From IMG/VR virus record IMGVR_UViG_3300037470_000665, positions 1-42,315 of that record: DNA of 42,315 bases; one strand, given 5' to 3'. Position 1 is the stretch's first letter. Each line of letters opens with the position of its first letter. Made by a program: the position numbers and the translations under genes. This DNA is from a virus. Its lineage: Duplodnaviria > Caudoviricetes. A model generated the notes under the pieces. It was not told the origin of the DNA, searched no databases, and worked only from the letters and a program-made list of their open reading frames with translations. Below, in pieces: positions 7,351-16,286 of this stretch.

Positions 7351-7584
7351 ATGATGAACAAGACAGTAGACAGCACGAGCGATGAGCGGACGGTGAACAA
7401 CGTGATGCGGCACGAGTACCGCGTGCTCTCCGATCGGGAGAAGGCCGACATGCAGGCCGTGAAGGATCTCGGCAAGCAGCTATGGGACTACCTCGACAGC
7501 CTCACACCGTCGCGCGAAGTCAGCCTAGCCAAGACGAAGGCCGAGGAATCCGTCATGTGGGGCGTGAAGCATATAACCGGCTAG
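7351..7584 (+). CDS. Acb2/Tad1-like small helical protein (candidate nucleotide-signal sponge)
   Basis: YRVLSDREKADMQAVKDLG resembles the Acb2 YRDLSQEE...RVKELG pattern; SREVSLAKTKAEESVMW; AGGAG SD. Confidence 0.6.
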   Translation: MMNKTVDSTSDERTVNNVMRHEYRVLSDREKADMQAVKDLGKQLWDYLDSLTPSREVSLAKTKAEESVMWGVKHITG

Positions 7585-7770
7585 GCAATGAGCCGTAACA
7601 CCGACCAACGCATCAAAGAGCTCGAGCGTGCCTGCATTATGCTTCGGTGCGAGCGGGACGGCGCCAGGCAGGAACTTGTGAGCCATGGGCTCGAAGTGCC
7701 GCAAGGCTTAACAGAAGCCGTCCCGGACGGATATATGACGTGTGGGTGGTGTGGTGGCCGTCTTCCGGAT

Positions 7771-8237
7771 GGGAATTACATACTTGAGTCCCTGCATCAT
7801 GGGCACTCGTTGAAAATGTGGCGAATCATCGACCTGCCACACTTAGCGCAGACCTCTGACGGCCATCCACTATCGCTGGCTTCAGAATCCGGCGCGGCCC
7901 ATTCTGGTACTACCCATTCATGATCGCAGCCCTTGTGTGGGTCCGGTTCTGTTGTGTCCATTTTGTCCATTTTGTTTCCTTCGAATGGCTGCCCCGACAG
8001 GGGCCGGATTAGACCGGACCCCGCCGAGGACTTACGCGCTCGCTGCGACGGACCTCGCTCCCAGTGGCCACTCCGGTGTCCGCGCACGTCTGCGTCGGGC
8101 CGGCTACAGAGTCCGCTCCACCCCACTGGAGGTTGCGGACGGTATGCCTTGAGCACGGGCGTGCCGGTGATCGGCCGGCTACCCGCTTGAGGTCCTTTAT
8201 GGATTCGATGATCGAGGGACTCAAGTATGTAATTCCC
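7771..8237. mobile_element. 467-bp non-autonomous IS-derived element (MITE/MIC), IS1595-like
   Basis: Perfect 23-bp TIRs GGGAATTACATACTTGAGTCCCT (7771-7793 and 8215-8237); 8-bp TSD TTCCGGAT (7763-7770 and 8238-8245); no transposase. Confidence 0.88.
7797..7970 (-). CDS. Small passenger ORF in the MITE (57 aa, Cys/His motifs)
   Basis: AAGGA SD; MDKMDTTEPDPHKGCDHEW...VCAKCG...ECP. Confidence 0.55.
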   Translation of the reverse strand: MDKMDTTEPDPHKGCDHEWVVPEWAAPDSEASDSGWPSEVCAKCGRSMIRHIFNECP

Positions 8238-8472
8238 TTCCGGATGGGTCACGGTCAGACCGGGAGTACTGCTCCCGGCAATGCCGGCGGTCAGCCTGGG
8301 AGGCTGCGGCCCACGAGGGGCGGGTGGCGAGCGTCAGGAAGCTCAAGAGCGGGAAGCTGAGCGTCGTGGTCCACGCCGAGCGGGATTTCGGGATCCTGCC
8401 CGGGCAGTTGGTCAGGATCGGATAGATCAGTTTTCGACGCCCAGAAGATCGCTGCACGGCCTAGCGGGGAAA

Positions 8473-8907
8473 CTACGGCGCGTCCCTCTCCGCAACAATA
8501 ATAGCGTCGAGCGCCGCATTCTGAGTTCGCAGCCGTCTGACCTTTCCGGACAGTAGCAATACGTCTGCCCCGGTCCATGTTTCGGGACGATTGTCGCGGC
8601 GAAATTCGAGCGATGCGATCTCGTCCTCGAGTTCTGCGATCAGAGACTCAATCATTACCTTGATCCCGGCATTCGTCGGGGCGATTTGCTTAGAGACCTC
8701 TGCGGCAATCTCGTCTGCTACAGCGATACCGATAATATCGACGATTCTGGGCGAGATCAGGAAGCCCACGGCCGGTAAGATGACAACACAGATACCAATC
8801 GTTGACGCAAGCGTCGATAGCATGGCAGTTTTTCGGTGTCTCTTCTTATGAGCAGCTATCTCGTCCGGGTTCGGTTGTCGCCGCTCAATCGTGGTCTGGT
8901 GTTCCAT
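8473..8907 (-). CDS. Hypothetical membrane-anchored coiled-coil protein
   Basis: One hydrophobic segment followed by a helical region; coupled to the upstream stop. Confidence 0.65.
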   Translation of the reverse strand: MEHQTTIERRQPNPDEIAAHKKRHRKTAMLSTLASTIGICVVILPAVGFLISPRIVDIIGIAVADEIAAEVSKQIAPTNAGIKVMIESLIAELEDEIASLEFRRDNRPETWTGADVLLLSGKVRRLRTQNAALDAIIVAERDAP

Positions 8908-10100
8908 TATGATTCCCTTGTGTTGGCAGCGATTTCCGTCAGTAACTCAATAATGCGGTCAGTCTTGTCAGTGACAATCGGCGGGATTGGTTGCAGGACA
9001 GGCTCACTCGGCGCTGTTGCTTCCCAAAGCCTTCGAAGCAGTGCCATCTTGTCCTCGCGGGGGTTCAGATCGTCGTCGAGAATGCCACCGGTGTCGTCGG
9101 AGTTCGGCGTGTAGCACCAGTAGAAGCTCGAGCCCATACCCTTGCTGACCAGGTACTCGACCAGCGCGTCCTGCCAGGCTTCGTCCGCGCTGCCAGGCCG
9201 GTAGCGCCCGCCCCATTCGCCGAGCACAACGGCGTTCGCGCCGTGAAACCTGCCGAACAGGGTTTCCCAATCCGCCTGCAGGTTCGCCGGAAAGGTTGCC
9301 GCGCCGAAGGTCGATTTGCCGAACACGTCCGGTCCGTAAGTGTGCGGGGAGAGCACGAGCTTGTCGGCGGGAATATCGAGCGGATCGTAAGCCTGCGGCT
9401 GGAACGATTCTCCAAAGTTCATCGGTATCGAGCTGTTGTCGCGGCCGTCCCAGTTTCCTTGGATTCCTTGAGCGAACACCAAAAGATTCGGGTTAGCTGA
9501 CAGGACCGCAGCCGCCGCAGCTTCGGCCGCTGGCTTCCAGTAGTAAGCCGGGTCGGTCATGTTCCGATCACCGGCAGACCACCGCACCCTACCGTGCGGT
9601 TCGTTGTAGAGGTCGAGAGCAAAGAAATGCGACAGGTGGGCGTACCGATTCGCTACGAACACTAGGTCGCGAATCCAGTCGGCTTGCGTGTATTCATTGC
9701 CGTCGTGGGTCAGCGGAAAGTCAGCAGGGTTCGACACGAACCACGTCGGATATAGACGGCGATTCGTCACGCTGTGGAAGTCGAGTAGAACGTACAGCCC
9801 AAGCCGATCCGCCTCCGCCATCCACAAATCAAGAACTTGCAGCGGCGTTCGTCCGATCAGCTCGGGATTCAGCCGCGCGTCACTGTAGCCGGCCACTGGG
9901 AAGTAAAGAGTCGCTGGCACGAACGGCACGCGGACCGCGTTGAAACCAAGGGTTCGAATATGGGCGATCTGTGCTTTCCAGCCCATCGCCCACAAGAACT
10001 GCGGGATCAGGATATCGGCGTTGAAACCGAACGCCGACACGCCTCTCAGTTGAATTTCCTGGCCGTCCTCGTAAATTTTTCCAGCACTTATGGTGTACAT
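8907..10100 (-). CDS. Glycoside hydrolase family 5 (cellulase/endoglucanase-like)
   Basis: FNAVRVPF, LLDFH, YNEPH (acid/base), LSPHTYGPDV, LGEWGG (nucleophile), FYWCYTPNSDDTGGIL. Confidence 0.92.
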   Translation of the reverse strand: MYTISAGKIYEDGQEIQLRGVSAFGFNADILIPQFLWAMGWKAQIAHIRTLGFNAVRVPFVPATLYFPVAGYSDARLNPELIGRTPLQVLDLWMAEADRLGLYVLLDFHSVTNRRLYPTWFVSNPADFPLTHDGNEYTQADWIRDLVFVANRYAHLSHFFALDLYNEPHGRVRWSAGDRNMTDPAYYWKPAAEAAAAAVLSANPNLLVFAQGIQGNWDGRDNSSIPMNFGESFQPQAYDPLDIPADKLVLSPHTYGPDVFGKSTFGAATFPANLQADWETLFGRFHGANAVVLGEWGGRYRPGSADEAWQDALVEYLVSKGMGSSFYWCYTPNSDDTGGILDDDLNPREDKMALLRRLWEATAPSEPVLQPIPPIVTDKTDRIIELLTEIAANTRES

Positions 10101-10552
10101 GATTGCTCTACCAAGGTTTGGAATGGGTGGTGCTTAACTTTCGCCGCTAGATACGCGGCATGCGCAGCTGTGGATAGCCAACACACGCCGAGATATCCGG
10201 ACTTGTTGTTTTTTCTTGCCCTTCTTTCGTTCTGATGATTTTCAAATCCAGTAGCTTCGCGCAAATTTGTCAGCCTGTTGTTGGCTCTATCTGTATCGCG
10301 ATGATCAATCTCTGCGCTCGGCCACACGCCATGAACATAAAACCACGCCAGCCGATGCGCTCTGTACTTGGTGGAATCAAGGACTATCTCTACATATCCC
10401 CTGTCAGTTTTGTAGCCAATGACAGAGCCTATGTCCCTGCTTTCACCCCATCTGAATTTTCGAGTAAACACCCCGGTCTCAGGATCGTAGTGCAGCAGCT
10501 CCTTGAGCCGCGCTTGCGTGAGTTCTGGTCTGGTAGGATTTGCGGCAGCCAT
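10088..10552 (-). CDS. HNH endonuclease (HNH_3) with most of the AP2 domain missing
   Basis: LLHYDPETGVF, YRAHRLAW, IDHRDTDRANNRLTNLREAT, SGYLGV directly followed by AAHAAY. Confidence 0.85.
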   Translation of the reverse strand: MAAANPTRPELTQARLKELLHYDPETGVFTRKFRWGESRDIGSVIGYKTDRGYVEIVLDSTKYRAHRLAWFYVHGVWPSAEIDHRDTDRANNRLTNLREATGFENHQNERRARKNNKSGYLGVCWLSTAAHAAYLAAKVKHHPFQTLVEQSCTP

Positions 10553-10573
10553 CTGATACCTCGCAACTCACAG

Positions 10574-11071
10574 CTATTCGTGCGCAGGCGGAACAATCAC
10601 AACCTGCAAATCCCCGTCCGTGTTGCCCCGCTCTTTTCTCACCCACCGCATGACCATTGGGAGCATGATCGCGGCGTCGCGCTCCAGCTCATCCAGATGT
10701 CCGTTAAGCTCGTCGATTCGTATCGACAGCGCTTCCCTGAGCCGTTCTTCGTCGTCGACCGACATCTCAATCCCGACTTTCTCGAGCAGGGCATCCAGTA
10801 CCGGTGTGTGGAAGTTGGTCAGCCTACGGATGAGTACGTCTTGCAGCGCGACAGAAAACGGCTTGACGTTCGCCTTGATCCCTTCGAGTTCGCGTTCGAG
10901 GTCTCGAACCCGGTCACCCATCAGCACGGCATTCGCAGCCAGCTTCTCAGCCGCGCTTTGTCGGACTTTTCGCCCATACCAGTACATCGCGACGAGAAAG
11001 CTCGAAACCGTTGCCACGACAACCGACACGATCGGTAGGATCCAGCGGTCCATGGCTACGCGAGTAATCAT
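10574..11071 (-). CDS. Hypothetical membrane protein in the lysis region
   Basis: N-terminal TM segment plus coiled coil; coupled to the upstream gene. Confidence 0.65.
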   Translation of the reverse strand: MITRVAMDRWILPIVSVVVATVSSFLVAMYWYGRKVRQSAAEKLAANAVLMGDRVRDLERELEGIKANVKPFSVALQDVLIRRLTNFHTPVLDALLEKVGIEMSVDDEERLREALSIRIDELNGHLDELERDAAIMLPMVMRWVRKERGNTDGDLQVVIVPPAHE

Positions 11072-11337
11072 TGCAGTGTGCTCCTTGACTCAGATATACA
11101 GGCTCGTGCCTGAGCTCGCATTACGGAATAGTCCGCAAGCATTCCCTCGACAACGCCGTTTCGCGGTAGCAGATTCCTTTCCTCGATCGCCTGACTCAGC
11201 GTCTCAGACGAATACTCGACAACCGGCACGCAGACGACGACCGGACTAGAATCGACCGTCGCGCATCCTGTCATCCAGGTCGTCGCTATCACGAGGCCGA
11301 TCAGCGGCAGCGTCCAACTGTTCCTTACGAATCTCAT
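11068..11337 (-). CDS. Putative o-spanin (Rz1-like lipoprotein)
   Basis: Hydrophobic leader with lipobox-like MTGC; overlaps the i-spanin in another frame; ends ARAC. Confidence 0.65.
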   Translation of the reverse strand: MRFVRNSWTLPLIGLVIATTWMTGCATVDSSPVVVCVPVVEYSSETLSQAIEERNLLPRNGVVEGMLADYSVMRAQARACISESRSTLQ

Positions 11338-11479
11338 TCGCCTTCTCCGATTGCTCAATATCCTTTTCTAGGTGCTTCGCCTTCTCTTTGTTGGCGCCGG
11401 CTCGCTTCGCGCTGAACAGAGAGAGAAATCCGCCCATTAGGATCGCGAACACGCCGGCAATTACGCCCCAGAACTTCAT
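11246..11479 (-). CDS. Putative i-spanin (Rz-like)
   Basis: N-terminal TM segment plus a charged helix; position in the lysis cassette. Confidence 0.65.
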   Translation of the reverse strand: MKFWGVIAGVFAILMGGFLSLFSAKRAGANKEKAKHLEKDIEQSEKANEIRKEQLDAAADRPRDSDDLDDRMRDGRF

Positions 11480-11790
11480 GGTTTCGGGCCCGGTGTTGAC
11501 TCAATGGCGGTTTTCATCGCGGCGGCCTGGTGCGCTTTCGCGACTTCGACCGTTGCCTCAGAAGCGGCTACGCGCTCCTTCGTCGTGTTCTGAAGTGCCG
11601 TCTTGAACGTGGCAGAACCCGCAAAGCCAGTGACCAGAGCGCACGAAATGCCGAGCCAGCCGATGACCGTATCTGAGAGCAAGCCGTTAAATGATCCAGC
11701 CGAGGTCAATCCGCCGATCACGCTGAAAAATGCCGTAATCGAACTCCACGTTTTCTGCCTGTTGTCAGACCACCAATCCCAAAAAGTCAT
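11476..11790 (-). CDS. Putative holin
   Basis: Two TM segments; next to the endolysin. Confidence 0.6.
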   Translation of the reverse strand: MTFWDWWSDNRQKTWSSITAFFSVIGGLTSAGSFNGLLSDTVIGWLGISCALVTGFAGSATFKTALQNTTKERVAASEATVEVAKAHQAAAMKTAIESTPGPKP

Positions 11791-12242
11791 GGCCTCAATC
11801 TCCTGATGCCCAGAATGTCCTTTGTCGCGAAGCGAGCGATGCTGACCCGGTTGCCCTGGTTGCCGCCAAGCACGAGCACGCGATCTCCCTCGATGCCGGC
11901 GTAGAGTCCGACATGCCCGGGTGCGCCACGCGTGACCTCTGGGCCTGGCTGCTCGCCGGCACCGCGCTTCAGGATCACGATGTCGTAGCCGACCTCGGGA
12001 CCGCTCGGAAAAAATACGGGCACGCCGACCTCAAGCCAGGACCTAGCCGCGGCAGACTTCGACCGGGGCAGCCTGAGCATCCATGCCAACGCGTTGAGCC
12101 ACGAGGAACACCAGGGCACGGAGTCCGGTGTCTCGTCGCCGAGACCGCAGAGAGAATGTGACCAGACGATGAAAGCGTTATTCGCTTCCCCGGCTATCTC
12201 GCCCATGCCCACGAATCTTTGAGCGAAGTCGTAGAGGTTCAT
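11787..12242 (-). CDS. TIGR02594-like NlpC/P60-CHAP peptidase (probable endolysin)
   Basis: VPWCSSWLN, KSAAARSW, GHVGLYAG, VLGGNQGNRVS. Confidence 0.85.
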   Translation of the reverse strand: MNLYDFAQRFVGMGEIAGEANNAFIVWSHSLCGLGDETPDSVPWCSSWLNALAWMLRLPRSKSAAARSWLEVGVPVFFPSGPEVGYDIVILKRGAGEQPGPEVTRGAPGHVGLYAGIEGDRVLVLGGNQGNRVSIARFATKDILGIRRLRP

Positions 12243-12793
12243 CAGAACCGCATCCCGAACGTGAAACTGTTCAATCCACGATTGAAGTGAGTCGAACCGC
12301 CCGTGCTGTTATGCAGCAGATCGAACACGAGGCGCTTTCCGAGCGTGCGACGGATCAGGATCGCGGCAACGAACTGGATATCTTCGTCGCTTCTAGGGCC
12401 GGGGTTGTCCCGGATAGACCATGGCCCGACGACGACGTCGCCGTGCTCCATAACGCCAGCCCCAAACCCGACCGACCACTTCCCAAGATGCGTCGTGCGA
12501 ATGATGCCGGCGCCAATGTTCGCGGCTACCGGCTCGGCCGGATCGCGGCAGCCGCCGGACGGACCGTGCGTCGACAAATATGCGAGCCACTTACGGTCGG
12601 CCATTTCCTGAGCCAGTAACATCGATTCGAAGCAACGCTCTGAACCGGCCATGCCTGCGCCGAACGATATTGAGAGCCCTTCCTGCGCATCTGCCTTTGA
12701 GCAGTAGCCAGCCGCCCCTGCGCCGAAGGCGATTACAAGAAGAACGATCGCCACACGGACACCTCTGGAATTGCCCGTAAACCTGAAACTCAT
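12242..12793 (-). CDS. Outer-membrane beta-barrel, PagL (lipid A 3-O-deacylase)-like
   Basis: Signal peptide; C-terminal LHNSTGG...NRGLNSFTFGMRF resembles the PagL HxS...NxG motif; terminal Phe. Confidence 0.6.
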   Translation of the reverse strand: MSFRFTGNSRGVRVAIVLLVIAFGAGAAGYCSKADAQEGLSISFGAGMAGSERCFESMLLAQEMADRKWLAYLSTHGPSGGCRDPAEPVAANIGAGIIRTTHLGKWSVGFGAGVMEHGDVVVGPWSIRDNPGPRSDEDIQFVAAILIRRTLGKRLVFDLLHNSTGGSTHFNRGLNSFTFGMRF

Positions 12794-12816
12794 GATTGCC
12801 CTCCGCTACTTCGTCG

Positions 12817-13251
12817 CTACGCGATTGGGTTGACGATCGCTTCGATGTCCGTTCCGTTGTGGCGGAGTTCGGCCCGCGTACCTGCGGCAACGGTGATCCC
12901 AGTTTGACCGGACCGCATAACGGTCAGGTCTTCTGCGGTTTGGTTGTCGAAAATGAATCTGTGTCGATTCGGTCCGCCGGCTGCCGTTTGAACGTCCGGA
13001 TAGATGATGTCGACTGGTCCTGTCAAAACCACGCCGGTGTCGGTCATAATGACCGTCGAATACGGCCACTCGTCCGCGCCGGTCACTGGGTTGTTGTACA
13101 CAAGCGTGCGATTCGCGTCGCTCGCGAAGTCGATGGTGATCTCACCTGCCAGTATCTGAGCAAGGATTCGGTCACTGAAGTTGACAGGGACTTCCGGGTT
13201 ATTGGATGCCGGTGCCAATTCCTCGAATCCGAATTGCGGGTTCAGGCTCAT
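12817..13251 (-). CDS. Tail-associated protein (DUF2793-like N-terminus)
   Basis: NPEVPVN motif; follows the tail tip gene. Confidence 0.55.
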   Translation of the reverse strand: MSLNPQFGFEELAPASNNPEVPVNFSDRILAQILAGEITIDFASDANRTLVYNNPVTGADEWPYSTVIMTDTGVVLTGPVDIIYPDVQTAAGGPNRHRFIFDNQTAEDLTVMRSGQTGITVAAGTRAELRHNGTDIEAIVNPIA

Positions 13252-16200
13252 ATCACTACCTCTGCCGGCACGCCGCGGCCGGTTGTCGCTGAAAGCTGGT
13301 ACACACGAATTGAAATTTCAGGCTGGGGAAAGCCGAAGTCTGTTGTCTGCTCGGCCGCGCTGTATGAGGCAGCTGGACTGCTGATCCCAGCGATGGTGCG
13401 TAGCACGGTTTGACTCGTGTCATCGTCGAGAATGTCCACCTCGTATGCCTCGCTTGCTTCATTGAGTGGCAACGCAATTCCGTCAGGCAGCGTTTCCTCG
13501 AGTCGATCGCGCCGTATCCAGGTGATGGTCAGGTTGTCAGATCCGTCTCGTTCCCCACGAACGTAGACCGGACTGAACGGCTCAAGGCGTTCGCCAGCAC
13601 CGGTGAACGGAACGTCCGTTGCAGAGGCGAGCGACCCGCCAATTGTCACGCCTCGATAGACGAGCACCTGGCCGATCTGCGAACTTTGCAGACCGACCTT
13701 GTAAATCCCCGGTCCGGAAACCAGCACGACTCGATCGCCCGGCTGGATCGCATCGAGATGACGTTCTGTGCCACGGCGGCCAAGCAATAACCTGGTGAGT
13801 TCGTATTGATCCGTCGCAATCAGCGACGCGTTGGCGAACTGTATGAGGCACCATCGGCCGTGCGCTCCTACCGCCAAAGTGTTCGCGCCACTAAGAACGG
13901 CTGCGTCTGTCCTGCTCGACAGGGACGCTTCGTTCAGTACGTCGACCACGAGCGAAGTGGCATCGTTCCACGTCGACGTGTGGCCGGTCGGCGCAGTGAC
14001 GACCTCGCCGACGATCGACTGTTCAGATATCGTTGCAACCTGGTCAAACGTCTCGCCGCCATCGATGCTGCGATGCAGTCGCGCGCCCGACCACCCGCTC
14101 CCGCTACCGGACCGCCACGCAGCCAGATACAGCCCTGCATTGTCGTCAGCCTCGTCGAGAGCTGGTAGATCAAGAAGCTCGACCGATGTTTCGCCGAGCA
14201 GCTGCACAACCGGATCTGAACCGATCGGCGGAGTGGCGATCGCCACCGAGACATAAACCCCATCGTCATCGCGCACGCCGGTGAAGCGCCTCATTAATGG
14301 GCCGCTATCTGTTGCGGTCATGATTCTGACGCGGTGAACGACATCGTCGGCCGGCAAGCCGATGACATCGGCTCCTTCCAATTCGTCCTGGTCGCACCCG
14401 CACATCCACTCGAAGGAATGCCGACCAGCCCATGCGTCACGCTGAGCAATGTCCGCGAGCTCGGATGCATCGGCTTCATCGATGGATACAGCAACCTCCA
14501 TCGTCACACCATTCGCCGCATTGGTCCCCAGTCGTGGCTGGGACAGCGTCTCACTCTTTTCGTAGCCCTTTGCCAAACTCAAATACTTCAAGCGAATTTG
14601 CCGAGGCAGCTCGAAGTCTTGGATCTTTCTGATGACCACATTCGGAAGCCGCTCCCCATTGCTGAATCGTGGCGCGAGATCCTCAGGGGCAAGTGTCCGC
14701 ACTATCGGCTTGCCGCGCGTCACAAACTTGAGCTCGGCATCACTCTCAACATAGTCGAATTTCCCAACCAATCGCAGCTGCTCAATCGACGATCGAGCAC
14801 TCATCTGCCGGGATACTGCGTACCCATTGATATGGGTCAATGCCAGGTCCGATACATCGATCGCTGTTAGATCAACGTCGGAACAAATCGACTCCACGAT
14901 CTCGGACAACGGAAATCCCTGTCCGGCGAGCGGATTCAGCTCGAGAGAAAGGAACACGATCTGGTTTCCGTTCGAATTGCCCAATATGGCCGGCCGAGTG
15001 CAGTTCGCGATCGACGCGATCTCGCCGGCAGTCAGCGTAAATGAATCGAGTTCTCGGTCATCAAATGTCAGCGTGCACTCGCCATTGTCGACTTCGAGTT
15101 CAACGGTGTGATATTTGTCCGAGGTCGCCGGAATGCTGTTGGCGAATGCGGTCTCAGCTCCCGCAAGGGAGACCGGCAACGACGCATTGGTTGGCTGATC
15201 CGCATCGCTGGTTCCGGCCGATGCGTAGGCGAACGTGCCGACCGGGTTAGTTTCACTGACTGCTGCAGCCAGTGCGTAGCCATTAGCCGGGTTGACTATG
15301 CCGAACAGATACGTGGAGCTTCCAGCTGATCCGCCAGAACCGCTGGCGATCCAGTAAAACCGGGCCGTGAGTCGAAACCTGTTCGGGTCGAAACCGACGG
15401 GCAAGTTCGCTGTCGGCCACGCGCCGTCACGACCCGACCCGGAGCCGCTAAATCCATTCGATATGCCATCAACGATGGTAAAGCCGGTGTTGAGCGTCGT
15501 CTTAAAGTCGAAGTCGCCACGTTCGACCCAGTCGCCAACACCATCGGCCGACGGCGCAAAGTCATGCTCGTAAGTCACCGATGGCAGGTGAGTCACCTCG
15601 ACCTTGTAGATCGGGTGGCGTCGCCCCTGGTCGTCGCTCAGAATCCGCTCTGGAAAAACAATATACGCAATCCCGCGGAAGCCGGGCACATTGCCGACGC
15701 CGAGTTCGATCTCCATCTGCGGATCCGCGGTTTGCGTCTCAGTGCCCGTGTACAACGTGAACCCGTTGCCAGGGCCACCGAAGGGACCTACGGTTCCGAG
15801 CTCGTAGCCGTTCGAGGCCTGAATGCGCTCAGTGTACGCATCGTCGGTTTCGCCGACCTGCTGCGGGCGTTTGTCATAAACGAGCGTGCCGTTTTCCCAG
15901 ATCCTGGAGACCCCCTCGATCGGCCCTTCGCAGAGCCCCAGAACAATCGTCTGTTGGTACGTGTAGGTTGTGACATCCTGGCCGCCACCGCCCTTCCCCC
16001 CTTGGGTTTCCGTATTGCTGAGTTCGGTCACAGGTCCGAGATACATTCGAAAGCCCGGCACGGCAAAGTCGCCGTACACCTTCCAGATCGGCGCGCCCGG
16101 GTCAGATTCTGCACGCTCGAAATCCTCGAGCCGAGGACCCGTGATTCCGGGAAGCTCCTCCGGGAATAAGACGGCGCCAGCGAGCAGCCCGTATCTGGCG

Positions 16201-16286
16201 CCAGCGAGCGCACCCGGCGGACCGCCAACAATGAATCCGGCGACCGCTCCAATGCCAGTCGATAGGATTTGCTCAGTGTTCGACAC
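13248..16286 (-). CDS. Tail tip/host-specificity protein (GTA-like megatron/J-like)
   Basis: GPRLED, GLCEGPI, VPGFRGIAYIVF, ELPRQI, LLLGRRGTE, ITWIRRDR, VYQLSATTGRG; GTG start 16286. Confidence 0.9.
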   Translation of the reverse strand: MSNTEQILSTGIGAVAGFIVGGPPGALAGARYGLLAGAVLFPEELPGITGPRLEDFERAESDPGAPIWKVYGDFAVPGFRMYLGPVTELSNTETQGGKGGGGQDVTTYTYQQTIVLGLCEGPIEGVSRIWENGTLVYDKRPQQVGETDDAYTERIQASNGYELGTVGPFGGPGNGFTLYTGTETQTADPQMEIELGVGNVPGFRGIAYIVFPERILSDDQGRRHPIYKVEVTHLPSVTYEHDFAPSADGVGDWVERGDFDFKTTLNTGFTIVDGISNGFSGSGSGRDGAWPTANLPVGFDPNRFRLTARFYWIASGSGGSAGSSTYLFGIVNPANGYALAAAVSETNPVGTFAYASAGTSDADQPTNASLPVSLAGAETAFANSIPATSDKYHTVELEVDNGECTLTFDDRELDSFTLTAGEIASIANCTRPAILGNSNGNQIVFLSLELNPLAGQGFPLSEIVESICSDVDLTAIDVSDLALTHINGYAVSRQMSARSSIEQLRLVGKFDYVESDAELKFVTRGKPIVRTLAPEDLAPRFSNGERLPNVVIRKIQDFELPRQIRLKYLSLAKGYEKSETLSQPRLGTNAANGVTMEVAVSIDEADASELADIAQRDAWAGRHSFEWMCGCDQDELEGADVIGLPADDVVHRVRIMTATDSGPLMRRFTGVRDDDGVYVSVAIATPPIGSDPVVQLLGETSVELLDLPALDEADDNAGLYLAAWRSGSGSGWSGARLHRSIDGGETFDQVATISEQSIVGEVVTAPTGHTSTWNDATSLVVDVLNEASLSSRTDAAVLSGANTLAVGAHGRWCLIQFANASLIATDQYELTRLLLGRRGTERHLDAIQPGDRVVLVSGPGIYKVGLQSSQIGQVLVYRGVTIGGSLASATDVPFTGAGERLEPFSPVYVRGERDGSDNLTITWIRRDRLEETLPDGIALPLNEASEAYEVDILDDDTSQTVLRTIAGISSPAASYSAAEQTTDFGFPQPEISIRVYQLSATTGRGVPAEVVI

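Larger units (their letters stand above)
7588..8425 (+). pseudogene. Zinc-finger protein interrupted by a MITE
   Basis: Joining 7588-7770 to 8246-8425 restores a 120-aa ORF containing CGWCGGRLPDGSRSDREYCSRQCR. Confidence 0.85.

Noticed and set aside
7771-8237. Invertible segment bounded by recombinase sites
   Set aside because: The flanking 8-bp direct duplication and the gene restored by precise removal indicate a transposition insertion.
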